A stretch of DNA of 64,000 nt from Tubiluchus corallicola. Lineage: Eukaryota; Animalia; Priapulida. The stretch covers positions 186,001-250,000 of the forward strand of contig JAQGDQ010000314.1 in the NCBI GenBank assembly GCA_030141605.1, read 5' to 3'. Both the position numbers and the translations under genes were made by a program. Positions within the stretch are counted from its first letter, which is position 1, and each line of letters opens with the position of its first letter. The notes below the pieces were generated by a model that saw only the letters and a list, made by a program, of their open reading frames with translations, searched no databases and was not told the DNA's origin. Positions 59,704 to 64,000 of the stretch are shown here, piece by piece.

Positions 59704-60475
59704 CCATCATCATCATCATCTCTGAAGTTACACGTCATCGGACATGACCTTTGTAATCACTTTAGACCATGATGCTCTGTCATTCGCAGTTTCCCATGTC
59801 TTTGTATTTTTGATATCTAATGGCGCGTTGACAGGATCTTTCTGTATCAAATTAACGTAAGTCAGCAGTTGTCCTCTTTGTGGTTTCTTTTCTTTCTGCA
59901 GTGCTTCTTTGAAAGCTAATTTTAATGGACTCTCTTTTTGTAGTCGTATAACATGTTCTATCCGTCTTAGTGTTCCCCTTTTTATTTTAACTGACCTTCC
60001 CCCTGTCTTGACTTTATTATACAAATCCTGGTTCGATATTTTCTTTGGTCATTTTATTCCTCTTTATTCCTTATTCATCTTTGAAATGCACCGATTTCTG
60101 GTTTGTCATGTGGTTTGATTGTCCACAATTCTGAATTGCTGAGAAACACAGTTTCCACAAGTGCAGCAAAGATTCTTAATTTTGTTTCTAGACTGAGGCT
60201 TTTACTTTCAAATTTTTTTGCTAATTTTGAATATGCTGTGATGCTAAGATATTTCTTCCTGATATATCTTCATCTGTTGCTAGAAGACTGCCTAAGTATT
60301 TGCCTTTTCCCTACGCATCATCACCATTCCTTTTTATGTGGTACTCTTCTGTTTTATCTTTATTTAATATGAGGTCAATTTCTTTTAATTTTGTTTCTAT
60401 TTTGATTTTCATATCATCTATTTCATCTTTGGTTCTTGCTGTCCATGCAATATCATTAGTATATTGCAGGTCTAA
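59704..60475 (-). mobile_element. 5'-truncated RTE-like LINE remnant, antisense in a Wnt7 intron
   Basis: The minus strand gives DLQYTNDIAW (decayed YADD), KYLGS, LSLETKLRIFAALVETVFLSNSELWT, IEHVIRL and ANDRASW, followed by a (GAT)n tail. Confidence 0.78.
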
Positions 60476-60699
60476 AGTGGTCTAAAGTTGTGTGATATTT
60501 CGTTTTATTGCAGAACTGCGTAGAAATGACTACGTGACCTTCCTACGTCACCCTGATACAAGTAAACCTTCTGTACGACCCTTCGGGTATTTTGAGGAAA
60601 TATAATTTAAAATTACTATTTCCAGCGTAAAGGGACAAGAAAGCTCATTACTTACATAAAGTTAAAAATAATTTTAGGTCATTCGAACAGTGAATATTT

Positions 60700-60860
60700 G
60701 GGTTTTGAACACTTGGTCAGCGGCACTTGGACATTGGGTACTTGGCTACTGCTCATAATGTCCACTGCCAAAATATCCTACTACCCAAATGTTCACTGTC
60801 CCCAGGTACTACCACTGCCGAAATGTCTGCTGCCCAAGTGTCGACTGCCCAAGTGACCGG
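60700..60860. repeat. Degenerate ~15 bp minisatellite-like units (ACTGCCNAARTGTC) with an inverted partner, likely a DNA-transposon relic
   Basis: Repeated ACTGCCAAAAT / ACTGCCGAAATGTC / ACTGCCCAAGTG units, with ACTTGG units in opposite orientation to their left. Confidence 0.5.
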
Positions 60861-63201
60861 TAATGAAAAAAATTCGGCTTGAAATTTCGTAACATACGTA
60901 TTGTCTTACTGTGCACAGACCTTGTATTAAACTTGTAAATTTAAACACAGTGATGACCGTTAGACGCGGCCATCTTTGTCGTTTGGAACATGTTTGGATA
61001 ACTTTGTGTAAAGTTCTCAAAACAATCAGATCATTGGTAACGCACACATCGCTAACATTATCCTATCAGCAAGATTAATAATTTATTCTTGGTGAGCCTG
61101 CGACACTTTTGTGCAAACTGGGATAGTGAAACAGTGACGTTTGACCTACGGGCGCAGATACTTTGACTTATTAAGAATTTTATTATTCGATAACATATCT
61201 TTTTCAAACCGGTAAGCGTAATGCCAAGTAACACAACTTTGTATGGAAATTTTTTAGACATACTTTAAAATTCCCTTTCCCACTAAAGTAACAAAAATAC
61301 AGTGTGTGTAATGATATTTATACAAGGAAATTTAGCTGAACGATGGCATTGATAAAAATCTTTAAGAATTATCAGCATCATGAACTTAAATGTTGTAATC
61401 GCATTTATGAAGAAAGCTGACTCGGTGGAATAGCACAGGTGTTAACACTTTCTTTAAAGACACCTTCTTGTGAGACTAATTCTTTGTAAATACATCAAAA
61501 TCGTATTAGCGTGCACGCAAACCTTCCCGCGCGTGCGCGTTTGAATAGGACGTCGTTATGTCAGCTAAAACTTTAAAAAGCTCAGATAAGATGGATTTAC
61601 CAGAAAAACAGCATTTAAAGTGTCACAGAAGAGATAAAAGAGATGCTTTTTTTCGCTGCTTTGAAGCCTGTGTGGCCTTCTATGAGCGGAAGTTGCTTAG
61701 ACTTTGTTGCTAAGCAAACTAAGTGGTAAGATAGGCACCTGCGGCAACTGTAGCCGTATTGAAAATATGTGTAGTAACTGTGTGTCTGTTTGACCCAAAA
61801 TACAAAAATTACGACTTCAAAAACCACAACTTGAGCTAAGTACCAATACTTATTGTTTTTCATACAAAACTAGTTTCTTTTTGAAGCAAAAACGTTGTCA
61901 GTGGACTTCATACATGTCCTGGCCAATTTCTGTGTGCTTAGACATGCTCTCTGCAGAAAAAGTCAAAACAAACATTAAATTATAAAAAAATAATTACTAA
62001 TAATTGTCTTTTTAATCTAGTCATCATCTTTGGACGAATCAGAGCAGTGGCAGTGGCAGTGGCAGTGGCAGTGATTATTGTCATCACTATTATTACTGTA
62101 GCCTATACGCATAACTATCTTCTTCAGCATCATCTTCATCATTGTTATACCGTCATCATCAACTTCTTCGTTGTCGTCTTATTTTTTATCTACTTCCTAC
62201 TGTTGATATTGTTGTTTTAAACCAATAACATTAAAGTTAGATCTATAGCTTTTTGTTGATAACAAACAAGCGTATAATTATGCTACATTGCGTAAACAAA
62301 AATTTTTAGTAACTCCTTTAAATTTTGTTATTCGCCGCATTCATTGTCTGCGGGAAAATGATTTCAACTTTTACTTTTGTATGATTTTAGCAATAAATGG
62401 TTATATATTAAAGTCTTCTAATACATTGCCTATAATAAATTATTGTAAGGTTACCCATGTAAGCTTTTGACAGCAGCTGTCTATTATAGTGAAATTTTGA
62501 ATGGAAAGAGTCAAAAGTAAGTATACAGTCTACACTACTGTAACTGTAGGTGAATTCTTCATATTCGCTTGAACTTAGCTAAACTCTAATTGGGTGTTCT
62601 TGGTCTATTCACGGTCCATCTTGCACTGGCAGTAATTATAAGGTTGCTCTGCTAAATGCCTGCAAGACATTCAAGTACGCTCAAGTCAAGTAGAAAACAC
62701 AATGCCGCCACAACAACGGCGAAAACTCAAATGCGAATTAAATAAACACGGCAACAAGAGCGAGCCTTGCGGAACGCCGACGACTCTATATTATTTCCAT
62801 TTATAAACTTACGACCAGTTTGAGCCATTTTTGAACTTGGATTAATACGCATCGAGAGTGGGCACATCGCTAAAGCTTATAGTAAATACAACAGCGAAAT
62901 TAATAGTAACTAATAAGAGTCTACAACAGGTCAGTTTTGCCACTTAAAGAATATTTTCATTTGAAGTATTTTATCACCTTGCTTTCTTTATTATTCTTAT
63001 TATTTTCCCCCCGATACAATGCAAAACTACTTAAAATTGGCGCTTCTTGCGCTGGAAAAAACACTTAGATCAGGGAAACACGAAATTTGCTACAATTTTC
63101 ACAGTTGCTGTAGGAATAACTAATTAAGTAGTAATAACAGTATACTTTAAAAGGTAACCTGACCCAATCTTAAACTATAGGTCATACAATCCATATCCTG
63201 T

Positions 63202-63616
63202 AAAATATTGAAATGAGGCATACCATTCTTTCAAGAATGACTTACGTGAAAGAATTATTACCACAGAAACGTAATGTGTATCGCGTTGCGGCTAGTTCTT
63301 CATTTTTATATGTATTTCGCCATTTCATAGTTAAATAAGCACTCGCGCCTGCATCTAGAAAATGCGTTGCACAAAAACAAGAGGTGTGCCTTTCAGTTCA
63401 GAGGTGACGTAGTGCACACGTTCGTGAGCTCATACGTAAGCACAGCGGCAAATTTAAAGTCTGTATTTCGAACTTAAAATGTGCCGAGTTTTTGTATAAG
63501 ACAATACTGAATGTTGTAAAGTAGCATCGTACTTTAATTTTCGCTTTCATGAACACGTGCCACACACTCTTGGAATGTTTGCGCTGTTAAAAATTTTGTT
63601 CAGTTGTGATGTCATC
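63202..63616 (+). repeat. Dispersed ~420 bp repeat, copy 2
   Basis: Colinear similarity to 38377-38793. Confidence 0.8.
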
Positions 63617-63675
63617 ACTAGTCATCACTGTTAATGAAGTTTTTGACCTATTATTTAGTTATCAGAACCGCTTTG

Positions 63676-63676
<1 letters not shown>

Positions 63677-63729
<53 letters not shown>
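63677..63729. repeat. (TTA)n microsatellite
   Basis: Directly visible. Confidence 0.95.
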
Positions 63730-64000
63730 GAAGTGTTCAAATATACACTTTTCATCGTACTCCCAAATGGGAAAGAGACGAAAAATCATCCTGTTTTCCT
63801 TTAATAAAAGATTAAAATGATTTAAATAAAAATTCATTGATTCGGGAGTGAAGAACTTCGCAGACCAATGCATTCACTGACAAATATATTGGTGAACAAG
63901 CTTGCTGCTTTAAAGTATGAATTATTACTGTTTGCTGGTTTGCAATTAACTGGTATTAGTAAATTAAGCTAATAAAAATTAATAGTTATTAATTGGCCCA

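Overview
This is AT-rich, intron-containing animal DNA, most likely from an invertebrate, with many microsatellites and transposon relics. From left to right it holds: (1) an intronless ankyrin-repeat + Mab-21/cGAS-like nucleotidyltransferase (cGLR) gene on the minus strand, head-to-head with (2) EMC7 (2 coding exons, plus); (3) SLC12A8/CCC9 (3 coding exons, minus); (4) a tandem cluster of three minus-strand paralogues encoding 18, 0 and 1 doublecortin (DCX)-like domains; (5) a decayed Penelope-like retroelement; (6) a frameshifted pentraxin-domain gene; and (7) the 5' part of a long-intron Wnt7 gene (two internal exons securely found). The three cluster genes share an unrecognised Trp-rich C-terminal motif (YGS[TS]EDL...GS[WF][TA]WW) and the same layout: RFX X-box-like site, short non-coding exon, intron, one coding exon. 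The Wnt7 introns hold a piggyBac-like MITE, an RTE-like LINE remnant and a ~330 bp near-perfect palindrome. The DCX cluster is the best candidate for an undescribed system, and the ANK-cGLR is second. All calls come from reading motifs by eye; no searches were run.
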